The translations under genes and the position numbers were made by a program. A stretch of 64,000 nt of DNA from an uncultured Nitrososphaeria archaeon (GTDB lineage: Archaea > Thermoproteota > Nitrososphaeria > Geothermarchaeales > JDFR-13), in contig CAYTHX010000008.1 in NCBI GenBank assembly GCA_964437705.1, positions 7,590 through 71,589 on the forward strand, in the 5' to 3' direction. Within the stretch, counting starts at the first letter, position 1; every line of letters starts with the position of its first letter. The notes beneath the pieces are model-generated. The model had not been told where the DNA came from and searched no databases. It saw only the letters and a list, made by a program, of their open reading frames with translations. Positions 38,908-49,406 of the stretch are shown in pieces.

Positions 38908-39900
38908 CTATGTAACATAATCAGGCCGTCCCTTCTCCCTAAGTTTTTTCATTACCTTCTCATACATGCTCTCGACGTATCCATGAATTATGTATAACTC
39001 GTTTGCTAACTTTATAATATGTTCAAAATTTTCAAGTTGATATCTCCATTTCTCAGGGATTTTTGCAGAGCCGTGAAGTGCGCCAGACCATGCACCAACT
39101 ATAGCAGCAATACTATCTGCATCACCACCTAAATTTACAGCATATATAACTGAGTCCTTAAATGAAGAGATATTCTTTAGAAATGCATAAAGAGCTATCG
39201 GTATCGTATTAAATACCTCAACACTATTACCAAGCCGTTTAACAATTTCTTCTTCAGATAAGTCTCTACCTAGAATCTCTTTCAAAATCTTAATTTTCTC
39301 GAGAAATATGTCTGATCTACAGGTTTTTACTGCTACATCAGTATATCTATTAGTGTCCTTACAGTTATCTATAGCTAATAGCAGTATATTCGTAAATATC
39401 TCGACAGCTTCTAATGCATACTTATGTGCATGGGTAATCATACATAGTTCATGCACATATTTTCTAAGGGTATCTCTATGCTTATGTAATAACAGCACTA
39501 ATGGTGTAGACCTAACTATACATCCATTACCATAAGAACCAGAACCAAAAAGTTTAGGCGAAATTTCCCGCCAATTCTTACCTCTCAAAATCTGCCTAAG
39601 TATATATAATGTTCCTGGACCATAACCTCTTTCAAAACTATGTTTCTCTGCTAACTTACGAGCTATATGATTAATATTGGTTCCTTCTTCAAGAAGAGCT
39701 TCGGCAACAGCAATCATCATTTCGGTATCATCCGTGAAGGATCCCTTTGGTAATCTACCATCAAGAAAATTAGAGACGATTCCATATCTATTTCTAATTT
39801 CCTTAATAGGTAATCCCTCTATAGGCATACCCAATGCATCGCCAACAGCAGCGCCTATCAGCGCTCCTTCAAATTTCTGCCTTAAATCTACACTTGCCAT
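38908..39900 (-). CDS. ADP-ribosylglycohydrolase family protein
   Basis: 330 aa; N-terminal GALIGAAVGDALGMPIEG and C-terminal GGDADSIAAIVGAWSGALHG are family hallmarks. Confidence 0.8.
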   Translation of the reverse strand: MASVDLRQKFEGALIGAAVGDALGMPIEGLPIKEIRNRYGIVSNFLDGRLPKGSFTDDTEMMIAVAEALLEEGTNINHIARKLAEKHSFERGYGPGTLYILRQILRGKNWREISPKLFGSGSYGNGCIVRSTPLVLLLHKHRDTLRKYVHELCMITHAHKYALEAVEIFTNILLLAIDNCKDTNRYTDVAVKTCRSDIFLEKIKILKEILGRDLSEEEIVKRLGNSVEVFNTIPIALYAFLKNISSFKDSVIYAVNLGGDADSIAAIVGAWSGALHGSAKIPEKWRYQLENFEHIIKLANELYIIHGYVESMYEKVMKKLREKGRPDYVT

Positions 39901-39959
39901 ACCTACAAATCAATTTTAAGGAAATTAGAAAACAAAAACTTTTAATATACTTTACTAGG

Positions 39960-40469
39960 TTATCTTATAAATCTACCATCATCAGCAATAGTTTTCAATT
40001 TATGAACATTATTTGATAACCATCCAATCTTCTCCGCATCTCTAACGTCGAAGTGAGGAACATATGGCTTTATATCAAGAAGAGGAGTACCGTCTACAAT
40101 ATCTAAGTCTGAGACATAAAGCAAGTTTCCTTCTATACGTAATAATCTAACAACAGAAATTCCTATGGGATTGGGTCTAGATGGAGCACGAGTAGCAAAA
40201 ACACCATGTTCCTTATAATCCAAAAATGGCTTTATAACTAGCCTACATTTATCAACCATATGAAAATGATAAATTAGAAATATGTGTGAAAACCCATCTA
40301 GATCTTTCAATCCATCAACGTACTCAGGAAAAATCTCAACTACTCCTCTAACACCTTTAGCTGCAGGTGGCTGTATAGGTACTCCTTTCACATTCTCAAA
40401 TGAAGAATGTATAATCCCGATTGGTCTGTAAATAATAATAATACTACTCATATTTACCATCCTATTCAC
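39960..40469 (-). CDS. TrmO/TsaA-like SAM-dependent methyltransferase (YaeB/UPF0066 family)
   Basis: 169 aa; ..GFSHIFLIYHFH…FATRAPSRPNPIGISVVRLL…DGTPLLDIKPY.. are TsaA-family motifs. Confidence 0.7.
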   Translation of the reverse strand: MNRMVNMSSIIIIYRPIGIIHSSFENVKGVPIQPPAAKGVRGVVEIFPEYVDGLKDLDGFSHIFLIYHFHMVDKCRLVIKPFLDYKEHGVFATRAPSRPNPIGISVVRLLRIEGNLLYVSDLDIVDGTPLLDIKPYVPHFDVRDAEKIGWLSNNVHKLKTIADDGRFIR

Positions 40470-40593
40470 TAAAAATCATCGACTAACTAATAACCAATAA
40501 TTAAGTAAATTCTATTAAAAAGTTTACTGTCTAAATATCACAGCTGCTGATAACTTCTCCTAAATTATTTAACTATACAGATTTATGGACTAT

Positions 40594-41436
40594 TCAGTAT
40601 TCAATATGATAAACTTCAGATATTCTATCAATAAAAATCTTGTCTAGATCATCTTGAGATATCTTACCGGCATCAATAAGTTTCTCTATTTCATTAGGTA
40701 TATTCCATGGATACATACAGACTCCTGGTCGATTTAAGTCATCAAGATAGTCACTTTCAATCATAATGTTATGTATTATTCCTCCTAGCCTATTGAGCAT
40801 GTTAGCATAACCAAGTACAGTTACTCGTAAACCGTTAGAAATAGATGCTGTAGCAACATTAAGATCTGCATGGTGTATAATTATATTGTCCCTCTTAATA
40901 TTTATTCTACGGACTTTCTCAAGTATATTTTCTACGGTAATTATACTACCTTGCTCTAAGTGAAGATGAACAATACAGTCTAAATCTCTGGATATTTCTA
41001 AGGCCCTATCTAAAATATAGTCTGACAGTAAAAGATTGACGGGGTTAACACGATAGTGTTGTCGACCAACCTCACCTATACCTATTAGCTCTCCACCCCT
41101 AACCTTATCAGCCACATACCTTAAACATCGTAAGAGAAATTCCCGTGCTTTATCAATATCACTATACTTAGAGAGTACTTGATCAACCATACCAGGATGT
41201 ATCCCAGCTAGGCAAACAGTTTTCACGCCACTTTCAGCAGCTGCTTTGCTTTCTTTAATTATTAAATTAACCATTTTCTGAAATCCTTCGAATGTCAATG
41301 GTAAATTATAGTGCTGAGGTGTTAGGGAAACTATAGCTAGAAACCAACCATTATTTAACCTAACTCTCTTAGCAATCTCCCTAGCACCTAACCCTCTAAC
41401 TGGATTTGTATGTAAATGTGCATCACTAAAAATCAT
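40594..41436 (-). CDS. TatD-like metal-dependent hydrolase (TIM-barrel amidohydrolase superfamily)
   Basis: 280 aa; N-terminal DAHLHT metal-binding motif. Confidence 0.5.
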   Translation of the reverse strand: MIFSDAHLHTNPVRGLGAREIAKRVRLNNGWFLAIVSLTPQHYNLPLTFEGFQKMVNLIIKESKAAAESGVKTVCLAGIHPGMVDQVLSKYSDIDKAREFLLRCLRYVADKVRGGELIGIGEVGRQHYRVNPVNLLLSDYILDRALEISRDLDCIVHLHLEQGSIITVENILEKVRRINIKRDNIIIHHADLNVATASISNGLRVTVLGYANMLNRLGGIIHNIMIESDYLDDLNRPGVCMYPWNIPNEIEKLIDAGKISQDDLDKIFIDRISEVYHIEY

Positions 41437-41472
41437 CTTTAAGAATCAAAATAACTTTCTAACCATATATCT

Positions 41473-42705
41473 TTATCTCACTACCTCAGTATTTTCGATG
41501 AGTTGTCTAAAGCTTTGTCTCTTCCTAATAATAATCACCTTACCGCTTTTTCTAACTAGGATCTCCGCTGGTAATAATCTAGAGTTATAATTCGACGCCA
41601 TCGAGTAGCAGTATGCACCTGTATTCATTACCGCGAGTATATCTCCCTCTGAAACTCTAGGAAGCATCCTATTAGAACCTATTACATCACTACTCTCACA
41701 TAAATTTCCAACTACATCTGCTACGATAGACGGCTTCTCATCTACCCTATTCGCTACAACTATCTTGTGATACGCATTATATAAAGCTGGTCTTATTATA
41801 TGATTTATCCCCGTATCAGTCCCAACTATATACCTTTCTCTATCAACTCTCCTAATGTCAGTTATCCTAGTTAATAAAACTCCTGATTCAGCCACAAGAT
41901 ATCTGCCAGGTTCTACCAATATCTTGTAGTGGTTGATTCTAAGTTCATCAATCTTACTCTTCAATTTTAACCTAAATTTTTGCCAAGGAAATCTTCTGTC
42001 TTTATCTCTATATGGAACTGCATATCCACCACCTATATTTAACTCCTCTACAGACTCAATATTACTAGCAATCCTAGCTAAAACCTCTAGAGCCTTTAAG
42101 TACGGTTCTACACTTAATATTCCAGAACCTAAATGAATATGTAACCTCTTAATCCTAATTTTATAGCTTTCCGCTATCTTCACAGCTTCATAAACCTCAT
42201 TTATAGGAATTCCAAATTTAGCGCCATACCCACTCGTAACTAAAAACCTATGTTGACCATATCCAAAAAGTGGGTTTACCCTAATTCCAATTTCACCTTT
42301 AAACCCAATTCTACATAACTTCCTTAAAGACGAATGAGAATCCACATCTATATTAACCCCAAAATCAATGGCATACCGAATATCTTCATTTGACAAGTTA
42401 TTACCAGAGAAAATTATATCCACAGGATCTACACCAGAACTTAAAGCTATAAATATCTCACCTGGAGATACAGTACCAATACCCAATCCTCTCTCATAGA
42501 AAATCTTAATTATCGATGGATTACTATTTGCCTTCATCGAGTAATAAATTCTATAAACTAAACCATTGACATTAGATGATATCTCATCTAATCGCTTAAG
42601 CATCGTATCCTCGTCATAAACATAAAGTGGAGTTCCATATCTCTCTACAAGGCTTTTAACATCAATGCCTCCAATACATAAGTATCGTCCATCAGTGGTA
42701 ATCAT
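41473..42705 (-). CDS. Fold-type III PLP-dependent decarboxylase (Orn/DAP/Arg decarboxylase family; LysA-like)
   Basis: 410 aa; family motifs YSMKANSNP, GGGYAVPY, CESSD. Confidence 0.75.
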   Translation of the reverse strand: MITTDGRYLCIGGIDVKSLVERYGTPLYVYDEDTMLKRLDEISSNVNGLVYRIYYSMKANSNPSIIKIFYERGLGIGTVSPGEIFIALSSGVDPVDIIFSGNNLSNEDIRYAIDFGVNIDVDSHSSLRKLCRIGFKGEIGIRVNPLFGYGQHRFLVTSGYGAKFGIPINEVYEAVKIAESYKIRIKRLHIHLGSGILSVEPYLKALEVLARIASNIESVEELNIGGGYAVPYRDKDRRFPWQKFRLKLKSKIDELRINHYKILVEPGRYLVAESGVLLTRITDIRRVDRERYIVGTDTGINHIIRPALYNAYHKIVVANRVDEKPSIVADVVGNLCESSDVIGSNRMLPRVSEGDILAVMNTGAYCYSMASNYNSRLLPAEILVRKSGKVIIIRKRQSFRQLIENTEVVR

Positions 42706-42861
42706 TTAATCACCTCCTATAAGTAATGCATACAAGTTACATGATTCTCAAAGCTTAGCTTAGATCTACATAATATATCTTATAATAATGTTTTGATAGA
42801 AAACGTTTATGGAACATGAAGATAGGAAATCTATATATTTGATAGGAATTGTTCTGTATTA

Positions 42862-44148
42862 TTGAAAATGAACTACGAATATCTAGCTCCATGCCCTCCA
42901 TCATTTCCAAACATCATTATAGAGAAGTGTAAAGGAGCAGAGGTATTTGATAAAAGTGGGCGATGCTACCTAGATTTTAGCGGTGCCGCTCTTGCTATTG
43001 GTCATTGTCATCCAATGGTTGTTAAAGCTGTTTCCTCTGAAATTGGAAAGGTAACTGGGTTTACAGGATTAGTAGCATATACAACTAAGTATTTAGAGCT
43101 AGCACGTAAGCTTAAGGATATAGTTCCAATTAGAGATGCAAAGGTAGCATATGCGACGACTGGTAGTGAAGCTTGTGATTTTGCTATAAATCTAGCTAGA
43201 TGGTATACTAAAAGACCAGTTATCGTATCTTTTCATGGCGCTTATCATGGTCTCACAGGCTTCTCTCTATCATCATCACCAATGCATGGCTACAGAAAGG
43301 TATTTCCAATAAGAATTGAAAATGTATACTCACCATATCCATACTGTTACAGATGTCCATTTAAGCAAAGTAGGGATAGCTGTAATATTGAGTGTCTAAG
43401 CTATCTAGAGGATGACGTCTTAAGGTATCAAGTGGAGCCTGAGGATGTGGCTGCCATTATTATTGAGCCACTACAATCTCATGGAGGAATATTAGTTCCA
43501 CGAAAAGAATTTATGTTAGGAGTTAGAAAGATTGCGGATAATATTGGTGCACTACTAATAGTAGATGAGGTATATACTGGATTTGGACGAACTGGGAAGT
43601 GGTTTGGTGTTCAGCATTACAATATAGAGCCGGATGTTATATGCTTGGGGAAGGGATTGGGTGGCGGCTTTCCAATCGCAGCTATTGTTGCTAAAGGGAA
43701 AATTATGGAAAACTGGACGTTATGTTCTGGTGGAAGCTTAGGGACTTTTGCCGGGCATCATATTTCTGCGACAGCTGCACTAGCAACGATAGATGCTATC
43801 GAAAAGGAGAAGCTTGTGGATAATGCCATGTATATGGGCCAAAAGCTGATAAATGGATTAATGGATTTAAAAAGTAGATATAATGTGGTTGGTGATGTAA
43901 GGGGACTAGGGCTGGTACTTGGAGTTGAAATTGTAAAAGCAGATGGTAGTCCAGATAAAAAGGGTGCATTTAAGCTTAAGAGTATTCTTATGAAGAAAGG
44001 GCTTCTCATTATACCAGTAGGAAAATATGATAATGTGCTTAAGGTTACACCACCAATTGTAATAAATGAGGAGCAGGTTGAGAGAACACTAGAAATTTTA
44101 GAAGATAGTTTAAAGGAGTTTACACAACATATTAAACAAGATTTTTAA
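42862..44148 (+). CDS. Class III (omega) aminotransferase
   Basis: 428 aa; LLIVDEVYTGFGRTGKWF and LGKGLGGGFP are class III PLP motifs. Confidence 0.85.
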   Translation: MKMNYEYLAPCPPSFPNIIIEKCKGAEVFDKSGRCYLDFSGAALAIGHCHPMVVKAVSSEIGKVTGFTGLVAYTTKYLELARKLKDIVPIRDAKVAYATTGSEACDFAINLARWYTKRPVIVSFHGAYHGLTGFSLSSSPMHGYRKVFPIRIENVYSPYPYCYRCPFKQSRDSCNIECLSYLEDDVLRYQVEPEDVAAIIIEPLQSHGGILVPRKEFMLGVRKIADNIGALLIVDEVYTGFGRTGKWFGVQHYNIEPDVICLGKGLGGGFPIAAIVAKGKIMENWTLCSGGSLGTFAGHHISATAALATIDAIEKEKLVDNAMYMGQKLINGLMDLKSRYNVVGDVRGLGLVLGVEIVKADGSPDKKGAFKLKSILMKKGLLIIPVGKYDNVLKVTPPIVINEEQVERTLEILEDSLKEFTQHIKQDF

Positions 44149-44192
44149 TTATATGTTGCTAAATTGAGTTCTATAATTAATGATTTGTGTGA

Positions 44193-45314
44193 GTGAATAT
44201 GAAGGTCACAGATATTAAGGTTTATCCTCAGGAAATACCGCTGGTAGAGCCATTTAAAATTGCGTTTGCAGAGGTTAATGAAGCTCATACAATAATAGTT
44301 GAAGTTTTAACCGATGAGGGTATTAGTGGAATTGGAGAAGCTGCACCTACATCCAAAATTACTGGGGAGACGTTTAGTCAAGCAATAGAAAATCTAAAGT
44401 ATATTCGTGAGTGGCTAATTGGTAAGGATCCATTGTATGTTGGTAAAATTGAGGATGAGCTAAACAGTATGTTACTTGGAAACTCTAGTATTAAGGCAGC
44501 TATAAGCATGGCATTATATGATATTCTCGGCAAAGTTTCTAATAAGCCAGTTTATAAACTACTTGGTGCCTATAGAGATCATTTCGAAACTGACATTACA
44601 ATTGGAATAAAAAGCGTCGAAGACACTGTGAAGAACGCATTAAAACACGTTGAAGCTGGATTTAAGGTATTAAAGATAAAGGTTGGAATTAATGAGGAGG
44701 AAGATATTGAGAGAATTAAGAAGTTAAGAGATGCTATAGGATATGACGTAAGGATCCGGCTAGATGCAAATCAAGCTTGGTCTGCAAATCAAGCTGTCTC
44801 CATAATGCGTAAAATAGAAAGATATGAAATTGAGCTACTTGAACAGCCTACCCCATACTGGGATATTAACGGCTTACGATATATTAAGGAAAGAATCGAA
44901 GTACCAGTTATAGCTGATGAATCTGTGCATACCGCTAGAGATGCAATTAGGTTAATAAAGGAATCTGCTGTCGATGGAGTTAATATAAAGCTTATGAAGT
45001 GCGGAGGAATAGGAGAAGCAATAAAGATTGCTAGGGTTGTCGAGGCTGAGGGATTAAAATGTATGATTGGATGTATGGAGGAAACTAGGATAGCATTAAC
45101 TGCTGCAGCACATGTAGTAGGTGCGTCTAAAAACATCGTCTACATAGATTTAGATGGGAATCTTAACATGGTTGACGAACCTGCATCTGGAGGTATGGAG
45201 CTAAAAAATGGCATTATTCATCTTCCATCTAAAAGTGGTCTAGGGGTAGAGCTAGATAGAGAGAAACTTGTGAAGTATAAGTTTAGTGGCGATTACAAGA
45301 AGATACAGCTATAA
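44193..45314 (+). CDS. Enolase-superfamily enzyme, mandelate racemase/muconate lactonizing (dipeptide epimerase-like)
   Basis: 373 aa; ..KIKVG.., RLDANQAWS, ELLEQP, ADES motifs. Confidence 0.75.
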   Translation: MNMKVTDIKVYPQEIPLVEPFKIAFAEVNEAHTIIVEVLTDEGISGIGEAAPTSKITGETFSQAIENLKYIREWLIGKDPLYVGKIEDELNSMLLGNSSIKAAISMALYDILGKVSNKPVYKLLGAYRDHFETDITIGIKSVEDTVKNALKHVEAGFKVLKIKVGINEEEDIERIKKLRDAIGYDVRIRLDANQAWSANQAVSIMRKIERYEIELLEQPTPYWDINGLRYIKERIEVPVIADESVHTARDAIRLIKESAVDGVNIKLMKCGGIGEAIKIARVVEAEGLKCMIGCMEETRIALTAAAHVVGASKNIVYIDLDGNLNMVDEPASGGMELKNGIIHLPSKSGLGVELDREKLVKYKFSGDYKKIQL

Positions 45315-45530
45315 AAATACAATTCCAAGTAAAATAGCAAGTATAAGCATAATAACTGCTATCACTATAACTGGTAATAATTGTGTCTCTAGCAGTGCAA
45401 TTACAAATGCAATATAATCTTTAAGCGTTAGTTTAACTTCCTTCTCTTTTTCTCTATTATTCAAGATTTTCACCAACATAGGTATGAACGGACTATTAAT
45501 AATAGTTACTTCTTTTCGTATAGCCAGCAA
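45309..45530 (-). CDS. Small hydrophobic protein (hypothetical)
   Basis: 73 aa with one TM segment, between the dpp operon end and the enolase gene; could be spurious. Confidence 0.25.
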   Translation of the reverse strand: MLAIRKEVTIINSPFIPMLVKILNNREKEKEVKLTLKDYIAFVIALLETQLLPVIVIAVIMLILAILLGIVFL

Positions 45531-46510
45531 GCTACCTCATGTAAGTTACCAACATTAATAAGATGCGGTACTTTTCTCTTACAAATATCCATCGCATACG
45601 GACATCTTGGGTGGAAATGACATCCAGGAGGTGGATTTAGTGGGCTTGGAATCTCACCCATTGGAATCATTCTTTTCCTGCTTTTAGCAATCTTAGGGTC
45701 AGGAACCGGAACTGACGAAAGTAGCATCTTTGTATATGGATGTAATGGGTTATTAAGTAACTCCCTCTTATCTGCGATCTCTATAATCCTACCCAGATAC
45801 ATTACACCTATTCTATCACTCATATAATCTACTACAGCAATATCATGTGTTATCAATAAATATGTTAAACCAAACTTTTTCTTCAGCGAATTTAACAAGT
45901 TTAAAATCCTTGCTTGTACAGATACATCTAGAGAAGATGTTGGTTCATCAAGCACTATAAAACTTGGATTAAGTATAAGTGCCCTAGCAATAGCTATTCT
46001 TTGACGTTGTCCGCCACTAAACTCATGTGGATATTTATAAATATCCTTAGGGTCTAATCCAACCTTAACAAGAATATCCTTAACATAATTCTCTACCTCA
46101 TTTTTCTTACAAATATTATGGACTATTAATGGTTCACCTACTATATCCTTAACCTTTTTCCTTGGATGTAGAGAGGCATATGGATCTTGAAAAACAATCT
46201 GCATTTTTCTCCTTATACTTCTTAAAGCCTTACCTTTAAGATTGGTAATATCAGTATTTTCAAAATATATTCTACCCGATGTAGGTTCTATTAAACGTAA
46301 AATAGTTCTTCCAAAAGTAGTTTTTCCACTTCCTGATTCTCCAACAAGACCGAATGTTTCTCCTTTTTTGATGCTTAAGGTGACTCTATCCACAGCTTTT
46401 ACATAACCTACTACTTTCGAGAATAACCCTTTAGTAACTGGAAAATACTTTTTCAAATCTTCCGTACGTACTAAATCACTCATACTTCTCCCTCCATAAA
46501 GAGCCAACAA
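45506..46510 (-). CDS. dppF: Oligopeptide/dipeptide ABC transporter ATPase
   Basis: 334 aa; Walker A GESGSGKTT; C-terminal oligopeptide-ABC CHFHPRCPY motif. Confidence 0.85.
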   Translation of the reverse strand: MLALYGGRSMSDLVRTEDLKKYFPVTKGLFSKVVGYVKAVDRVTLSIKKGETFGLVGESGSGKTTFGRTILRLIEPTSGRIYFENTDITNLKGKALRSIRRKMQIVFQDPYASLHPRKKVKDIVGEPLIVHNICKKNEVENYVKDILVKVGLDPKDIYKYPHEFSGGQRQRIAIARALILNPSFIVLDEPTSSLDVSVQARILNLLNSLKKKFGLTYLLITHDIAVVDYMSDRIGVMYLGRIIEIADKRELLNNPLHPYTKMLLSSVPVPDPKIAKSRKRMIPMGEIPSPLNPPPGCHFHPRCPYAMDICKRKVPHLINVGNLHEVACWLYEKK

Positions 46511-47451
46511 GCTACTTCGTGGTTACCATCTATCTTAATCATTGGTGGAGCTTTACTTTTACAAATCTCTATAGTATATGGGCATCTTGGGTGAAAATGA
46601 CATCCAGGTGGCATTTTTAAGAGACTAGGTATCTCTCCTTTCATACTATACAACTCTCCTTCATATCCAGGCTTAGGAATTGACCTTAAAAGTCCAATTG
46701 TATACGGATGCTTTGGTTCTTCAAAAATATCATCTACATATCCAACTTCAACTACATTACCAGCATACATAACAGCTATTCTATCAGCAATCTCTGCTGC
46801 AACAGCTAAGTTATGAGTAATAAATAACACAGAAATTCCGTATTCCCGAACTAATTCCTTAATAAGAGCTAGAATTTGAGCTTGAATAGTTACGTCCAAT
46901 GCTGTAGTTGGTTCATCAGCAATTAAAAGCTTAGGCCTTAAAATTAGAGCCATCGCAATCATAACTCTTTGAGCCATACCACCACTGAGCTCATGAGGAT
47001 AGGAATTCATTATTCGTTTTGGATCTGGTAATCCAACCCTACTCAAAAGTTTTAATGCTATTTCATAAGCTTCATCTCTACTAATCTTTGTATGTGCCAT
47101 TAATGATTCAATAAGTTGATCACCAACTTTCATTACTGGATTGAGAGAGCTTCTTGGTTCTTGAAAAATAATCGAGATCTCCTTACCTCTAACATCAATT
47201 ATTTCGTCATTTGAAAGCTTTAAAAGATCCTTGCCTTCAAAAATAATTTCTCCATCTGTAATTTCAGCAGTGGGATCCAGCAATCTAAGAATCGAAAGAG
47301 CTGTTATCGTCTTACCACTACCACTCTCCCCAACTAATGCTAAAACTTCACCAGGATATATCTTCAGATTCACACCAAATAGCGCATCTAGATCTCCACG
47401 TAGTGTATGGAATCTTAGCCTAAGATTTCTTATTTCTAGAAGAGGTTTCAT
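46480..47451 (-). CDS. dppD: Oligopeptide/dipeptide ABC transporter ATPase
   Basis: 323 aa; GESGSGKT, LSGGMAQR, CHFHPRCPY. Confidence 0.85.
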   Translation of the reverse strand: MKPLLEIRNLRLRFHTLRGDLDALFGVNLKIYPGEVLALVGESGSGKTITALSILRLLDPTAEITDGEIIFEGKDLLKLSNDEIIDVRGKEISIIFQEPRSSLNPVMKVGDQLIESLMAHTKISRDEAYEIALKLLSRVGLPDPKRIMNSYPHELSGGMAQRVMIAMALILRPKLLIADEPTTALDVTIQAQILALIKELVREYGISVLFITHNLAVAAEIADRIAVMYAGNVVEVGYVDDIFEEPKHPYTIGLLRSIPKPGYEGELYSMKGEIPSLLKMPPGCHFHPRCPYTIEICKSKAPPMIKIDGNHEVACWLFMEGEV

Positions 47452-47452
47452 A

Positions 47453-48337
47453 TTATCTCCTCTCCCTCACGTCCAAAATATCTCTTATGCCATCACCTAG
47501 TAGGTTAAATCCAAGTGTAGCGAGTAGTATCATTAATCCTGGAAATGTCGATACCCACCATTGACTACTTATGTAATGTCTACCTTCACTAACCATTAAG
47601 CCCCACTCAGGAGTTGGTGGCTGAACACCTAACCCTAAGAAACCTAGTCCTGCAGCTGTTAATATAGTTCCTCCTAAATCCAGTGTTGCTTGCACTAATG
47701 CTGGTGTAATAACCATTGGAAGAACATGTCTAAACACTATTCTTAAATTACTTGCTCCAACCGCTCTCGCAGCTTCAACATAAATCTCATTTTTAACTTG
47801 TAATGTAGATCCTCTTATTAATCTTGCATATATAGACCACCATACGAATGCCATTGCTAAGATTGTATTAAATAGTCCTGGACCTAGTGCAACAGCTACA
47901 GCCATAGCGAGTATTAATCTTGGGAAAGCCATGAACATATCGGTTACTCTCATTAATACTTCATCAATTTTCCCACCATAATATCCAGCAAATATGCCAA
48001 TTACAATCCCTATAAAGAGGGATATTGAAACTACTACAACACCGATTATTAATGATATTCTAGCTCCCCATACAACCCTACTAAAAATATCTCTACCAAG
48101 TTGATCAGTTCCGAAGAAATGCTCCGAGCTAGGTGGCTGAAGCCTAATATCAATATTCTGCTCTAATGGATCATATGGAGCTATAATGGGCGCGAAAATA
48201 GCTAGCAGCACTAGAAGAAAAACTAGAATTATACCTAAGATTGTGAGTGGGCTTTTCCTAATTAAAGCTACTGTAAACCTAAAATCCTCAGACTCTAAAT
48301 ATTCTTTGACAGCCTTTATAACACTACTCATGATCAA
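47453..48337 (-). CDS. dppC: Oligopeptide/dipeptide ABC transporter permease
   Basis: 294 aa multi-TM with ABC permease EAA loop. Confidence 0.8.
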   Translation of the reverse strand: MIMSSVIKAVKEYLESEDFRFTVALIRKSPLTILGIILVFLLVLLAIFAPIIAPYDPLEQNIDIRLQPPSSEHFFGTDQLGRDIFSRVVWGARISLIIGVVVVSISLFIGIVIGIFAGYYGGKIDEVLMRVTDMFMAFPRLILAMAVAVALGPGLFNTILAMAFVWWSIYARLIRGSTLQVKNEIYVEAARAVGASNLRIVFRHVLPMVITPALVQATLDLGGTILTAAGLGFLGLGVQPPTPEWGLMVSEGRHYISSQWWVSTFPGLMILLATLGFNLLGDGIRDILDVRERR

Positions 48338-49351
48338 CTACCCATATCTAATTCTTGGATCTAAAAATGCATATGCGATGTCTACGATGAGGTTTGCTAT
48401 TGAATATATAAGTGCTATTAAGAGTACAGAGCCCATAACAGCCATGAAATCCATATATAAACATGCTTGTGACGAATATCTTCCTAAACCTGGCCAAGCA
48501 AATATAGTCTCCGTTAAAACTGCACCTTCAAGAAGTGAACCATAAGTTAATCCTATCACAGTAACCGTCGGGATTAAAGCATTCCTCAATGCATGTCTAA
48601 ATATAACTATACGTTCCTTTAAACCTTTAGATCTCGCAGTACGAATATAGTCTTTACTCAATACTTCTAGTAGGCTAGCTCTAGTTATTCTTGCTATCGA
48701 AGCTGCCGAGTAAAAGCCCAGGACGAATGAAGGCATTACTAAGTGTAAAAGGGCATTCGTAAATGCATCAAATCTACCAGTTACTAAACTATCTATTAAT
48801 AATAAACCAGTTATTCTCGGCGGAGCCGATATACTAGAATCTAGCCTTCCTGGCCCCGGCAATATACCTAACATATAGTAAAATATGTAGAGTAATACTA
48901 ATCCAAGCCAGAATACAGGCGTAGATACTCCAGATAATGCAAATAATCTAGATATATGGTCAATCATAGTATCCTTCTTAACACCAGAAATTATTCCAAT
49001 AGGAATTCCAATTATTATAGCTATAATTAGTGAGAATGTTGCAAGCTCAATAGTAGCAGGAAAGAACTTCATTAGGTCATATGATACTGGCTTATTAGTC
49101 CTAATACTTTTACCAAGATCCCCCTTAAGAAAGTTAATTATATAGTCAATATACTGTTGATAGAGAGGCTTATCGAGACCCCACTCATGCCTAATCTTTT
49201 CAACTAACTCGGGTGGAGCTTGTGGACCTAAAATAGCTCCAATAGGATCTGCAGGGATCATATGTGAAATTATAAATGTAAGTGTGAGTACTCCCCAAAC
49301 TACAAATATCATTAAAATTATTCTCCTTAGAATGTATGTTTTTAAATCCAT
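48338..49351 (-). CDS. dppB: Oligopeptide/dipeptide ABC transporter permease
   Basis: 337 aa multi-TM permease. Confidence 0.8.
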   Translation of the reverse strand: MDLKTYILRRIILMIFVVWGVLTLTFIISHMIPADPIGAILGPQAPPELVEKIRHEWGLDKPLYQQYIDYIINFLKGDLGKSIRTNKPVSYDLMKFFPATIELATFSLIIAIIIGIPIGIISGVKKDTMIDHISRLFALSGVSTPVFWLGLVLLYIFYYMLGILPGPGRLDSSISAPPRITGLLLIDSLVTGRFDAFTNALLHLVMPSFVLGFYSAASIARITRASLLEVLSKDYIRTARSKGLKERIVIFRHALRNALIPTVTVIGLTYGSLLEGAVLTETIFAWPGLGRYSSQACLYMDFMAVMGSVLLIALIYSIANLIVDIAYAFLDPRIRYG

Positions 49352-49406
49352 GTAGTTTCACCTAAAAAATAATGTAAGGAAAAATTGAGATAAAAAATAA
49401 TTAGGT

